Positions 38,600-47,349 of a stretch of DNA of 64,000 nt are shown here, one piece after another. The number at the start of each line of letters is the position of its first letter. Position 1 is the first letter of the stretch. The position numbers and the translations under genes were made by a program. The DNA comes from an uncultured Candidatus Saccharibacteria bacterium. GTDB lineage: Bacteria; Patescibacteriota; JAQUNI01. The stretch covers positions 755 through 64,754 of the forward strand of contig CAZKRD010000004.1 of NCBI GenBank assembly GCA_964555185.1, read 5' to 3'. A model generated the notes under the pieces. It worked only from the letters and a program-made list of their open reading frames with translations, was not told the origin of the DNA and ran no database searches.

Positions 38600-40423
38600 A
38601 TGAAATTAAAAGCAGTGATTTTGGCGGCAGGCGAGGGGACTCGCCTGCACCCTTTTTCAACAAAAGAATACCCTAAGGTTTTGTTTCCTTTTCGGGGCAA
38701 GCCCTTGCTTTGTTATCACATTGAGGAGTTTTTGGAGGCCGGTGTTCGCGATTTTATCGTGGTTTGCAATCCAGAGAATAAAGTGGCAGTGAGTGGAATT
38801 GTTAAGAAGGAACACCCTAATTTAAAGATTGCTTTGGTTGTCCAGGATAAGCAGTTAGGGCCTGCCCATTCTGCTTACGCGGCAAAAGATCAGCTTCGGG
38901 GCACTGATTTTTTTATTTTGAAATATGGCGATAGTTGGACCAAGGCCTCGAGGTTGAAGATGATTCTGTCCCAGTTTCCCAAGGATCCGCGGGATGGGAT
39001 AGTTTTTTTAACCAAGGTTTCTGACTTTAAACGATTTGGCATTGCTCGCTTTGAGGGAGAGACTCTTGTTAAGATTGTGGAGAAGCCAGCTAAAAATCCT
39101 CCTTCTGATTTGGCTTGGCGGGGAATCAGTGTTTTGAGTGTTCAGAAGTTTTTAGCCGGTTTTTCAAAAGATAAAGTTGGGCCGGGCAAAAAAGAGGTTC
39201 CCCCGCCAGAATACGTTTTAAGGGCCAAGGGTCGGTTAAACTACAGGATTGTGAAATACTCTAAACTGGATTTAGGCTATCCTTGGGATATTCTGTTATT
39301 AAACAGAGCGGTCTTGGATAGATTCGGCGGTCAAAATTTAGGCAGAAGAATCGGAGCAGGAGCATCTATTTCTCCCAAGAGTTTCATCGGTCCGAGAGCA
39401 GTGATTGGGCCTGGAGTCCGGATCGGAGATTATGTTTCTTTGGAGAGAGCCTGGGTCGGCAAGGACGCGGTGATTGAGGATTCCTATTTAATGCCGGGCG
39501 CTAGAATTGGATCAGGAGCGAAAATTAAGAGAACCGTTGTTGGCCGCAAAACAGAAATTGGTCCGGGTTTTGTTACTAAAGACCAGACCAGAGGGAAAAA
39601 CAAAGTTTTTGTTAAAGGGGAATACAGGGAAGCGCCCTTTTCTGCTTTGGGTTGTTTCTTGGGCCACAGGGTCAAGGTCGGACCAAAACTTTTTTCAGAT
39701 TCTGGCAGAGTGGTTTATTCAGGGAGAGAGGTGAACAAAAATATTGTTCACGATATTTTGCCGATTCGCGCTGTGTTTTTTGACGCGGACAACACAATTT
39801 ACAATACTCGAAAAGTAGCGAAGCTCGCGGACAAACGGGCAATGGCTTATTTGGCTTCTGGTACTCCGTATCGGCCGGAAGATTTATATGATTATTGGCA
39901 CGACAAGATCGTTGCCAAATTAAAACAGAGCCAGAACCCAAAACTGCGCCACAGACATTATTCCTATCAGAGGTTGATCAAGGAATTTAAGCTTGGAAAG
40001 AGCAGCCAAAGAACTTTTTTGGCTTTTCGCAGTGAATTGGTTAAGCATTTGGAGCCAGCGGCCCATCTTAAAGGCGTGCTTGGGAGGCTGGGAGACTATC
40101 AAAAGGCAATAGTTTCCGAGGACAACCGAGATTTAATTGATTTTAAACTTAAGGCCTTGGGACTTTGGAAGTATTTTGATTTGGTGATTGCCGCTTCCGA
40201 TATTGGCACAATGAAGCCCTCATCAACATATTTTCAATCCACCTTGGCTAAATTAAAGCTCTACCCAGGCCAGGCAGTGATGATCGGAGATGATTGGGAA
40301 AAGGACTTGGCTTTGGCTTTTGATTTGGGCTTGCGGACAATAATCTGGGGCAAGAAGGACTCGCGAGCGCACAGGGCTCTTAAGGATTTTAGGAAGTTGC
40401 CGGGACTTTTGAAGATCATCTAA
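38600..40423 (+). CDS. Fusion protein: sugar-phosphate nucleotidyltransferase, LbH domain and C-terminal HAD hydrolase
   Basis: N-terminus KAVILAAGEGTRLHP, central hexapeptide repeats, and C-terminal VFFDADNTIY...GDDWEKD (HAD motifs I and IV). Confidence 0.65.
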   Translation: MKLKAVILAAGEGTRLHPFSTKEYPKVLFPFRGKPLLCYHIEEFLEAGVRDFIVVCNPENKVAVSGIVKKEHPNLKIALVVQDKQLGPAHSAYAAKDQLRGTDFFILKYGDSWTKASRLKMILSQFPKDPRDGIVFLTKVSDFKRFGIARFEGETLVKIVEKPAKNPPSDLAWRGISVLSVQKFLAGFSKDKVGPGKKEVPPPEYVLRAKGRLNYRIVKYSKLDLGYPWDILLLNRAVLDRFGGQNLGRRIGAGASISPKSFIGPRAVIGPGVRIGDYVSLERAWVGKDAVIEDSYLMPGARIGSGAKIKRTVVGRKTEIGPGFVTKDQTRGKNKVFVKGEYREAPFSALGCFLGHRVKVGPKLFSDSGRVVYSGREVNKNIVHDILPIRAVFFDADNTIYNTRKVAKLADKRAMAYLASGTPYRPEDLYDYWHDKIVAKLKQSQNPKLRHRHYSYQRLIKEFKLGKSSQRTFLAFRSELVKHLEPAAHLKGVLGRLGDYQKAIVSEDNRDLIDFKLKALGLWKYFDLVIAASDIGTMKPSSTYFQSTLAKLKLYPGQAVMIGDDWEKDLALAFDLGLRTIIWGKKDSRAHRALKDFRKLPGLLKII

Positions 40424-40539
40424 GAATTAATTTTCAATTTTCAAACTAAGACTTAGGTAATTTTTTTAAAAATTAGTTATTGGAAATCCCACTTCGCGAG
40501 GCGAGTATTTGGAAATTGGTCATTGGAAATTAAAGAAAC

Positions 40540-41196
40540 ATGAATATTATCAAAATTAACCCAGCCAATCCTGATCCCAAAGTAATAGAAAAAGCCGCCC
40601 GAGTTATCCTCAAGGGCGGTTCTGTTGTTTTACCCACAGACACAGCTTATGGTTTGGCAGTCAATGCTTTGGATCGGAAAGCAGTGAAAAAGCTTTTTAG
40701 AATCAAAACCAGGGCGAAAAATAAGCCTCTGCCGGTTGCGGTTTTAGAGATAAAGCAGGCGCAAAAATTAGCTTTTTTTGATAGCCGGGCTTTGAGTTTG
40801 GCAAAAGAATTTTGGCCGAGCGCTTTGACCTTGGTCTTACGAAAGAAAGAAGTCGTGCCGAAAGAAGTTACTGGCTATGAAGAGACGATTGGTTTGCGGA
40901 TTCCTGATTCCAGGGTTTGTTTGACTCTTGCCGACAGGGCGCAAGTTCCGTATACTATAACTAGCGCTAACATAAGCGGAGGAGAAATTCCCTATTCTGT
41001 TTTGGAAGTGGTTAGGCAATTTGAGAATAGAAAGTGGCAACCCGATTTGATTTTAGACGGCGGGACTTTGGTTAAAATAAAGCCTTCAACAGTGGTTGAT
41101 TTGTCAGAAGAAGGTGAAATAAAAGTGTTAAGACAGGGAGAAGTAGAAATAAACGCAAAACGCAAAAATCAAATCTCAAAATGTAATCCAAAATAG
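40540..41196 (+). CDS. tsaC: L-threonylcarbamoyladenylate synthase (YrdC/Sua5/TsaC family)
   Basis: ILKGGSVVLPTDTAYGLAVNA. Confidence 0.8.
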   Translation: MNIIKINPANPDPKVIEKAARVILKGGSVVLPTDTAYGLAVNALDRKAVKKLFRIKTRAKNKPLPVAVLEIKQAQKLAFFDSRALSLAKEFWPSALTLVLRKKEVVPKEVTGYEETIGLRIPDSRVCLTLADRAQVPYTITSANISGGEIPYSVLEVVRQFENRKWQPDLILDGGTLVKIKPSTVVDLSEEGEIKVLRQGEVEINAKRKNQISKCNPK

Positions 41197-41256
41197 AAAA
41201 AGCCTCTATTAAATCCTTCTTTTTACATTTTGAATTTTCATTTTGCATTTTGACAT

Positions 41257-42432
41257 TTGATTTTTGCATTGTCTATCATGTCCATTTTTTTTGAAGATTA
41301 CTCGGTTAAGCACGCGCTAAAGCGCGAGATTACTGAATTATATATTTCAGTCGCGATCAAAAATTTTGCGGTTTCAATGATTGCGCTTTTTGAGCCGATT
41401 TATCTTTATGATAAATTAGGCCTCTCTCTGGCCGAGATTATGCTTTATTTCGCGGCTGTTTATACCTTGTATTTGTTCTTACTGCCGATTGGGGGCAAGA
41501 TCTGCGCCCGCTTTGGCTTTGAACATTCTATTCTTTATAGCGCGCCGATCAGTGTTCTCTATTTCAGCACGCTTTATTTTGCTGGCGAAACAAGGGCCTT
41601 GATCTACTTTGCTCCGGTTTTTTTGGCGGTTTACAAGGCCCTGTTCTGGCCTGCTTATCATGCTAATTTTGCTCGCTATACCAGCTTAGGCAAGCGGGGA
41701 AAACGGATCAGCCGCTTGGGCGCTTTGAATGCTTTGGTTATCGTTGCCGGCCCGCTCCTAGGAGGGATGCTGATTACCCTTTTCGGGTTTAATGTTTTGT
41801 TTATTATTGTTGCTGTTCTGATTTTGGTTTCCGTGATCCCTCTTTTTACCACTCAGGAGGTTTTCAAGCCGAGTTCTTTTGGCTACTTCCATGCCTTTGC
41901 CCGTCTTTTTAAGTCTTATTACCGACGTTATACTTTGGGTTTTATGGGTTATGCAGAGGAGCTGATTAAAGTGACGGTCTGGCCGATTTTTATCTTTGTG
42001 ATTTTGAAGAGTTATTTGAGCTTAGGCATACTTTCTTCAATGACGATTTTTTTGACCGCTGCTTTTGGTTTGTTGATTGGCCGGATTGTGGACAAGAAAG
42101 GCGGCAGGCAGATTCTGCGGTTTTCAACCATCGGATATTCCATTGTTTGGTTTGTCCGTTTGGCGGTGCAGAGCACAGTCGGGGTCTTTGTTGTTGACGG
42201 CCTGTCCCGGCTTTCGGGTCAGGGCGTGGGGATCCCGATGCAGACTTTGGTTTATGACAAAGGGACGGAAAGAGGGAATTTGAATTTCAGCGTCTTTTTT
42301 GAGATGGCTTTGGTTGTCGGCAAGATGCTGATTGCCTGGGTTTTGTTTTTCATTTTTTTGTACACCCAGAATGTCGGGATCGCCTTTATTTTGGGAGGGG
42401 TTTTGAGTTTATTATATCTTTTATTAAAATGA
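41257..42432 (+). CDS. Polytopic membrane transporter, MFS-like
   Basis: About 10-12 predicted TM helices. The start may be the ATG at 41278. Confidence 0.45.
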   Translation: MIFALSIMSIFFEDYSVKHALKREITELYISVAIKNFAVSMIALFEPIYLYDKLGLSLAEIMLYFAAVYTLYLFLLPIGGKICARFGFEHSILYSAPISVLYFSTLYFAGETRALIYFAPVFLAVYKALFWPAYHANFARYTSLGKRGKRISRLGALNALVIVAGPLLGGMLITLFGFNVLFIIVAVLILVSVIPLFTTQEVFKPSSFGYFHAFARLFKSYYRRYTLGFMGYAEELIKVTVWPIFIFVILKSYLSLGILSSMTIFLTAAFGLLIGRIVDKKGGRQILRFSTIGYSIVWFVRLAVQSTVGVFVVDGLSRLSGQGVGIPMQTLVYDKGTERGNLNFSVFFEMALVVGKMLIAWVLFFIFLYTQNVGIAFILGGVLSLLYLLLK

Positions 42433-42484
42433 CCGCAAGGTCAAATATTAAAGTGCTACTTTAAGGAGGATAGTAGTAAAATAA

Positions 42485-43729
42485 ATGGAGAATATTCTTA
42501 AAATGCAGGATCCGCCGGCTTTCCGTGCCCTGCAGGGTGAGATCCAAAGACAAAAGAATGGCATTGAATTGATTGCTTCAGAGAATTACGTGTCAAAAGC
42601 GGTTTTGGCGGCAATGGGTTCGGTTTTGACCAACAAATATTCCGAAGGTTATCCCGGGAAGCGCTATTATGGCGGCAATCAGTATATTGATCAGGCAGAA
42701 AAGCTCGCAATCCGGCGCGCCAAGCAGTTATTTGGCGCCGAACATGTTAATGTTCAGCCTTATTCTGGTTCGCCGGCAAATCTTGAGGTTTATTGGGCCT
42801 TGGTGCCTTTGGGGGGCAAGATCATGGGTTTAAGTCTAGCCCACGGCGGCCACTTAACCCACGGTCACAAAGTTAATTTCTCCGGCAAAGCTTACGAAGT
42901 GGCCTCTTACGGCGTGGAGCGGAGCGGCCGGATTTCTTATGCCAAGGTCCGAGCTTTGGCTAGAGAAGAAAAACCGGATTTGATTATTTCCGGCTATACC
43001 GCTTATCCGCGCAAGATTGATTTTAAAAAGTTCAAAGAAATCGGGGACGAGGTCGGCGCGATCTCAATGGCTGATATCTCGCATATCGCGGGTTTGATCG
43101 CGGCCGGCTTGCATCCCAATCCCGTTCCCTATTTTGACGTGGTTACAACCACGACCCACAAGACCCTGCGCGGACCGCGGGGGGCGATGATTATGTGTAA
43201 GCGCAAGTGGGCAAAAGCGATTGACCGCGCGGTTTTTCCGGGGATGCAGGGCGGGCCGCATAATCATATTAATCTTGCTAAAGCAGTTGCTTTTGGCGAG
43301 GCGCAAGAGCCGGAATTTAAAACCTATTGCCGCCAGATTATTAAGAATGCCAAAATCTTAGCTCGCGCTTTGATTGCTTTGAAATTTGATCTGGTGTCCG
43401 GAGGCACGGATACTCATTTGATGCTTCTCGATTTAACCAATAAAAAGATTACGGGCAAGCGGGCGGAGCACACTTTAGAGCAGGCCGGGATCACTTTAAA
43501 CAAAAACATGGTTCCCTTTGATCCCCGTTCGCCGTTCGATCCGTCAGGAGTCAGGATCGGGACGCCGGCTGTCACCAGCCGCGGGATGGCAGAACCCGAG
43601 ATGAAGAAGATCGCGGCCTGGATTGACCGCGCGATTAAAGCAAAGGGCCGCAAGGCAAGCTTAAAGAAGATCGCTCGCGAAATTAAGGATTTCTGCCAAG
43701 ATTTTCCCGTACCAGGGATTGATCAATAA
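42485..43729 (+). CDS. glyA: Serine hydroxymethyltransferase
   Basis: LIASENYVS, PLP-lysine region TTTTHKTLRGPRG. Confidence 0.9.
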   Translation: MENILKMQDPPAFRALQGEIQRQKNGIELIASENYVSKAVLAAMGSVLTNKYSEGYPGKRYYGGNQYIDQAEKLAIRRAKQLFGAEHVNVQPYSGSPANLEVYWALVPLGGKIMGLSLAHGGHLTHGHKVNFSGKAYEVASYGVERSGRISYAKVRALAREEKPDLIISGYTAYPRKIDFKKFKEIGDEVGAISMADISHIAGLIAAGLHPNPVPYFDVVTTTTHKTLRGPRGAMIMCKRKWAKAIDRAVFPGMQGGPHNHINLAKAVAFGEAQEPEFKTYCRQIIKNAKILARALIALKFDLVSGGTDTHLMLLDLTNKKITGKRAEHTLEQAGITLNKNMVPFDPRSPFDPSGVRIGTPAVTSRGMAEPEMKKIAAWIDRAIKAKGRKASLKKIAREIKDFCQDFPVPGIDQ

Positions 43730-43755
43730 TCCAACCTTTTATTTAGATTATTTAG

Positions 43756-43793
43756 AGCAGGGGTTGAATATATTAAACCCCTGCTTTTATTTT
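43756..43793 (+). terminator. Rho-independent terminator for glyA (agcaggggtt-gaatatatta-aacccctgct, then ttttatttt)
   Basis: 10-bp stem, 10-nt loop and a U-tract. Confidence 0.75.
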
Positions 43794-44022
43794 AATTAAA
43801 AAACAGCCTTTTTTTTGGGCTCTTGCCAGCTTGTTTAGCTGCCTGGGCATTTTTCGTGCCATGCTCATCTGTGCCTGTGGAAAATAATACCTCCTCCCCC
43901 AAAACTTGGTGATACCGAGCCAAAACATCTGCCTGGATAATCTCCAAAGCAAATCCAACATGGGGAATCCGATTTGTATAAACAATACTGGTGGGAATAT
44001 AGAACTTTTTCATTAAATCCAT
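43792..44022 (-). pseudogene. N-terminal ~70-aa fragment of a second, divergent methionyl-tRNA synthetase gene
   Basis: YIPTSIVYTNRIPHVGFALEIIQADVLARYHQVLGEEVLFSTGTDEHGTKNAQAAKQAGKSP aligns with metG residues 12-80. The frame terminates at an A8 tract. Confidence 0.65.
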
Positions 44023-44136
44023 TCTATCATATTTTTTGATAATTTCCAGTTGAAATAAAGAAGCGCTGACAATCTTGTCAGCGCTTATTTTTGATATGTT
44101 TGACGTCGCAAGTTAAACATTGTATTTGTGAAGGTG

Positions 44137-44379
44137 CTACAATTCTTCTGGATTTTTAATGTACTGTACTACCCATCCTCCGACAATTATGGCAGCACCA
44201 GCAATAGCTCCCCAGATGAATACTTTATCGACTAGGCAGACAAGCGATAATATGATAAGAGCCGATCCAACTCTTTGCATAATGTCCCATGGTTGCTTCG
44301 TTGTGCGCCATAGAATCAAAGCAGCTACGAACAAAGAGGCAAATAACTTTGGCCAAGTGAACAGAAACATTGCTTTCAC
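44137..44379 (-). CDS. Hypothetical small two-TM membrane protein (80 aa)
   Basis: Hydrophobic segments only. Confidence 0.3.
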   Translation of the reverse strand: MKAMFLFTWPKLFASLFVAALILWRTTKQPWDIMQRVGSALIILSLVCLVDKVFIWGAIAGAAIIVGGWVVQYIKNPEEL

Positions 44380-44388
44380 CTCCTAGAA

Positions 44389-45072
44389 TTATTCTTTATG
44401 GACTATAACCACAAATTCTCCTCTTACCTTACCACTTTTTATTTTATTTGCAACCTCTGCTGGGGTGCCGCGGTAGGTTGTTTCAAATTTTTTGGTTAGT
44501 TCGCGGCAAACCATTATTTGTCGGGATTCTTCGCTAACGCTCAGAATGACAGCCAATTCATTAAGGGTTTTTAAAATTCTGTGCGGTGATTCATACAAAA
44601 TGACCGGGTATTTTGAAGCTACGACCTGTTCAAAAAACTTCTTGCGCTTGCGCTTGGCTGGCGGAAACCCTAAAAACAGAAACTTGTCCATTGGAAAACC
44701 GGAAATACTAGCTGCAGCTGTTACTGTCGACGGCCCAGACACCGGCATAATCTTCACACTATGTTTAAGGTCGGGTTGTAAACATTGTTTAATTAGTTTG
44801 TTGCCCGGGTCGGAGATGCCGGGCGTGCCGGCGTCAGAAACCAGGGCTAAATTCTTCCCTCTCTCTAAAAGTTTCAAAATATAGTCAACTTTTTTTAATT
44901 TGCTGTGCTGGTGATAAGAAAGCGTGGGAGTGACTATTTTATAGCGGCCTAACAATTTTTTAGTTACCCTGGTATCTTCGCACAAAATTAAATCAACCCC
45001 CTGCAACACTTCTAAAGCTCGGGGGCTGATTTCTTTGAGATTTCCAATCGGAGTCGCAACGATATATAGAAT
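44389..45072 (-). CDS. rsmI: Second, divergent rsmI paralog (about 55% identical to 26848-27534). It has no ATG: the ORF-track start at 45009 is GTG (V), and the conserved N-terminus ILYIVATPIGNLKEISPRALEV continues upstream to ~45072 with only ATT/ATA/GTG candidate starts
   Basis: Translating upstream of 45009 gives the RsmI N-terminal motif ATPIGNL, with a stop at 45082-45084. Confidence 0.6.
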   Translation of the reverse strand: MLYIVATPIGNLKEISPRALEVLQGVDLILCEDTRVTKKLLGRYKIVTPTLSYHQHSKLKKVDYILKLLERGKNLALVSDAGTPGISDPGNKLIKQCLQPDLKHSVKIMPVSGPSTVTAAASISGFPMDKFLFLGFPPAKRKRKKFFEQVVASKYPVILYESPHRILKTLNELAVILSVSEESRQIMVCRELTKKFETTYRGTPAEVANKIKSGKVRGEFVVIVHKE

Positions 45073-45104
45073 AGATATATCTTAATATATCTTAATATAT
45101 CTTA
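45067..45104. repeat. Tandem repeat atatatcttaat x3 abutting the 5' end of the rsmI paralog
   Basis: gatatatcttaatatatcttaatatatcttac. A related atatcttaatatcttac run lies at 57361-57390. Confidence 0.6.
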
Positions 45105-45347
45105 CAAAACTACTGCTTTTGCGTCTTTTCGCTTTTTCAGGAAATCCCTAAGAAATTCAAACAATATGCCGGCCAAAGGGATAGCCAGGAGCGCTCCTAA
45201 AAAGCCCCAGAGTTTTCCGCCAACAAACAAAGCAACCAGAACCAAAACCGGAGGGATGCCAATGAATTTCTTGCTTAAAATCGGCGTCAAGATACCACCT
45301 TCAATCTGCTGAATCAGAACAAAAATTATTTTTGCATTCGCAACCAT
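45102..45347 (-). pseudogene. C-terminal 81-aa fragment of an AI-2E family transporter
   Basis: IQQIEGGILTPILSKKFIGIPPVLVLVALFVGGKLWGFLGALLAIPLAG aligns with the C-terminus of the intact AI-2E gene at 25726-26781. No upstream remainder is present. Confidence 0.6.
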
Positions 45348-46008
45348 AAAAAGGCTTAATGGAAATCAGTAGTTCCGGCATAAATTCTTCACATTTCTGG
45401 TGTCGCAATTCCTGGAGATTTCTAATTTCTTCCGCACTTTCCCCTTTGTTTATGCAGGTTAAATCAGTTCCTCCTAATTTATTTTCCGACAACAGCTCCG
45501 CCACAATACAATCCTTATCAGCTGAGCAACTTTTATTTAACTCTGTGATTTTTTTGTTAATTTCATCAAGGAGATCCTCGCAATATGTTTTTATCTCTGC
45601 CTTCGGCTCTTCTTTAATCGGTGAGTAAGATATAACATTAATTGTTTTCCCTTCGGATCGACAGAAATACTCCTCAACAATGTTTCCTTCGATAGTTAAT
45701 GTCGTATTTTGAAGATTCCACAACTCATCTTCAAGTGGACCAATTAGACAATAAGTTTTTTCTCCCTCGATCTCTAAACCTAATTTTGTAAAAGGTTCAT
45801 TTCCAAAAACATAAACTCGTCCCGTTTTTGTAATTGTTGATGGTTTTTCATCTGCAGGAACCGAAGGAGCTTTCCCTTCTGGCGCTTCCAAATATTGCCA
45901 GGCTAAAATCCCTCCGGCCAAAAGTGTAACTAGAACAATAATAAAAATTCCTACAGGTGTAGAAATTCTTTTATTTGAAAATTTGGGTTGATTATCCATA
46001 AATTTCAC
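45301..46008 (-). CDS. Hypothetical Cys-rich membrane-anchored or secreted protein
   Basis: N-terminal TM helix and 9 Cys in the C-terminal half. Confidence 0.4.
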   Translation of the reverse strand: MKFMDNQPKFSNKRISTPVGIFIIVLVTLLAGGILAWQYLEAPEGKAPSVPADEKPSTITKTGRVYVFGNEPFTKLGLEIEGEKTYCLIGPLEDELWNLQNTTLTIEGNIVEEYFCRSEGKTINVISYSPIKEEPKAEIKTYCEDLLDEINKKITELNKSCSADKDCIVAELLSENKLGGTDLTCINKGESAEEIRNLQELRHQKCEEFMPELLISIKPFYGCECKNNFCSDSAD

Positions 46009-46168
46009 TTTTTAATTAAATGATTATTTCGACTTTTATAAAAATTTTCTTTTACAGTTCCGCTCTGCGGGACACAAAACCAAAAATTAAATTTTGACTG
46101 GAAAATCCCGTATAATTTGGTCGCCGAGCGAAGCGAGGCGACCTCCAAATCATTGACTTTTTCTCGGT

Positions 46169-46213
46169 GGTGCCGCGGGTGGGAGTTGAACCCACACGGG
46201 CTTGAGGCTCATA
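46169..46213 (-). pseudogene. Orphan 3'-half tRNA fragment (T-arm gtgggttcaactcccac, acceptor 3' strand ccgcggc, ACCA) lacking a 5' half
   Basis: No complementary gccgcgg 5' acceptor strand within 100 nt. It sits immediately downstream of tRNA-Leu. Confidence 0.5.
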
Positions 46214-46234
46214 CGATATAGCATATTTATCAAT

Positions 46235-46324
46235 TGGTGGGGATGGAGGGATTTGAACCCTCACGGACTTTGAAAGCCCAATGGTTTTTGAAACCATCCT
46301 GTCTACCAGTTCCAGCACATCCCC
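46235..46324 (-). tRNA. tRNA-Leu(CAA), with a long variable arm and an encoded CCA
   Basis: Reverse complement gives GGGGATG..(anticodon loop tt-CAA-aa)..long V-arm..GAGGGTTCAAATCCCTC..CATCCCC-ACCA. Confidence 0.8.
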
Positions 46325-46334
46325 GTTCCTTTAA

Positions 46335-46380
46335 AATATATCTTTTTTCACTTGACTTTGTCAATTGGAGATTTTATGAT
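46335..46380. promoter_or_regulatory. Divergent promoter pair sharing the palindromic -35 TTGACTTTGTCAA. Plus strand: TTGACT-17-TATGAT for parA. Minus strand: TTGACA-18-TATATT for tRNA-Leu
   Basis: Hexamers read directly, with appropriate spacing. Confidence 0.45.
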
Positions 46381-46422
46381 AAGATAGAAACAAAGCGAAT
46401 AGATTAAAACAAAAAGGATAAA

Positions 46423-47190
46423 ATGGCGCAAATCATTGCTTTGGTTAATCAAAAAGGAGGCGTGGGCAAGACCACAACCGCGGTTAATCTTGCTTCTTAT
46501 TTAGCTGATTTTGGCAAGAAGATTTTATTTTGCGATTTAGACCCGCAAGGCAATGCCACTTCGGGCTTAGGGATTAATAAGAAAGGGCTAAAACAAAACA
46601 TTTATGATGTTTTGTGCGGGCGGGCGGCTTTGTCCGATATTCTATATCAAAGCTCCTCTCCCGATATGCATATTGCGCCCGCCTCTTCTGATCTGGCTGG
46701 CGCTTCGATCGAATTGGTCTCTGTGCCCGAGCGCGAGTTTTTGTTAAAGAAATTTTTAGAGCCGGCAAAGCAAGACTACGACTATATCATTATTGATTCC
46801 CCTCCTTCTTTGGGAATTTTAACGATCAATGCCCTGACCGCTTGCCAGAGTGTTATGATTCCAGTCCAGTGTGAGTATTATGCCCTGGAAGGACTTTCTG
46901 AACTTCTTTACACCATTGATCTTGTCCAAAAGAACCTAAATCCTGATTTGAATATCTTGGGCATTGTTTTAACGATGCGGGATCGGAAAACGCGGATTGC
47001 CGCTGATGTGGTCTGCGAGGTCCAAAGGAACTTTCCGGACAAGGTTTTTGAGACAATCATTCCCCGTAATGTGAGATTGGCGGAAGCCCCGAGCTTTGGC
47101 CAGGCGATTTTAAACTACGAGCCGATGTGCAAGGGCGCGCGTGCTTACAAGCACCTGACAGAGGAGGTTATGGAGATGGGGGGAGAATAA
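46423..47190 (+). CDS. parA: Chromosome partitioning ATPase ParA/Soj
   Basis: Deviant Walker A KGGVGKTT. Confidence 0.9.
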   Translation: MAQIIALVNQKGGVGKTTTAVNLASYLADFGKKILFCDLDPQGNATSGLGINKKGLKQNIYDVLCGRAALSDILYQSSSPDMHIAPASSDLAGASIELVSVPEREFLLKKFLEPAKQDYDYIIIDSPPSLGILTINALTACQSVMIPVQCEYYALEGLSELLYTIDLVQKNLNPDLNILGIVLTMRDRKTRIAADVVCEVQRNFPDKVFETIIPRNVRLAEAPSFGQAILNYEPMCKGARAYKHLTEEVMEMGGE

Positions 47191-47349
47191 TTCTTAATTC
47201 TTAATTCTTAATTTTTATTGAATTTTTAATGACCTAATTTTTAATTTTTAAACATCCTATTATTCCAAATTTATCTTGTTTAAAAATTAAATCATTAAAA
47301 ATTAAACATTGATTAAGAATTTAAAATTTAAAATTATAAATTCAAATTT
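47191..47349. repeat. AT-rich palindromic spacer (ttcttaatt x3 followed by aatttttaatgacctaatttttaattttt ... aaaaattaaatcattaaaaattaaacattgattaagaatt)
   Basis: Inverted arms read directly. Confidence 0.65.

Noticed and set aside
46052-46318. 88-aa minus-strand ORF
   Set aside because: It overlaps tRNA-Leu and the tRNA fragment, and its translation is an artefact of the tRNA sequence.
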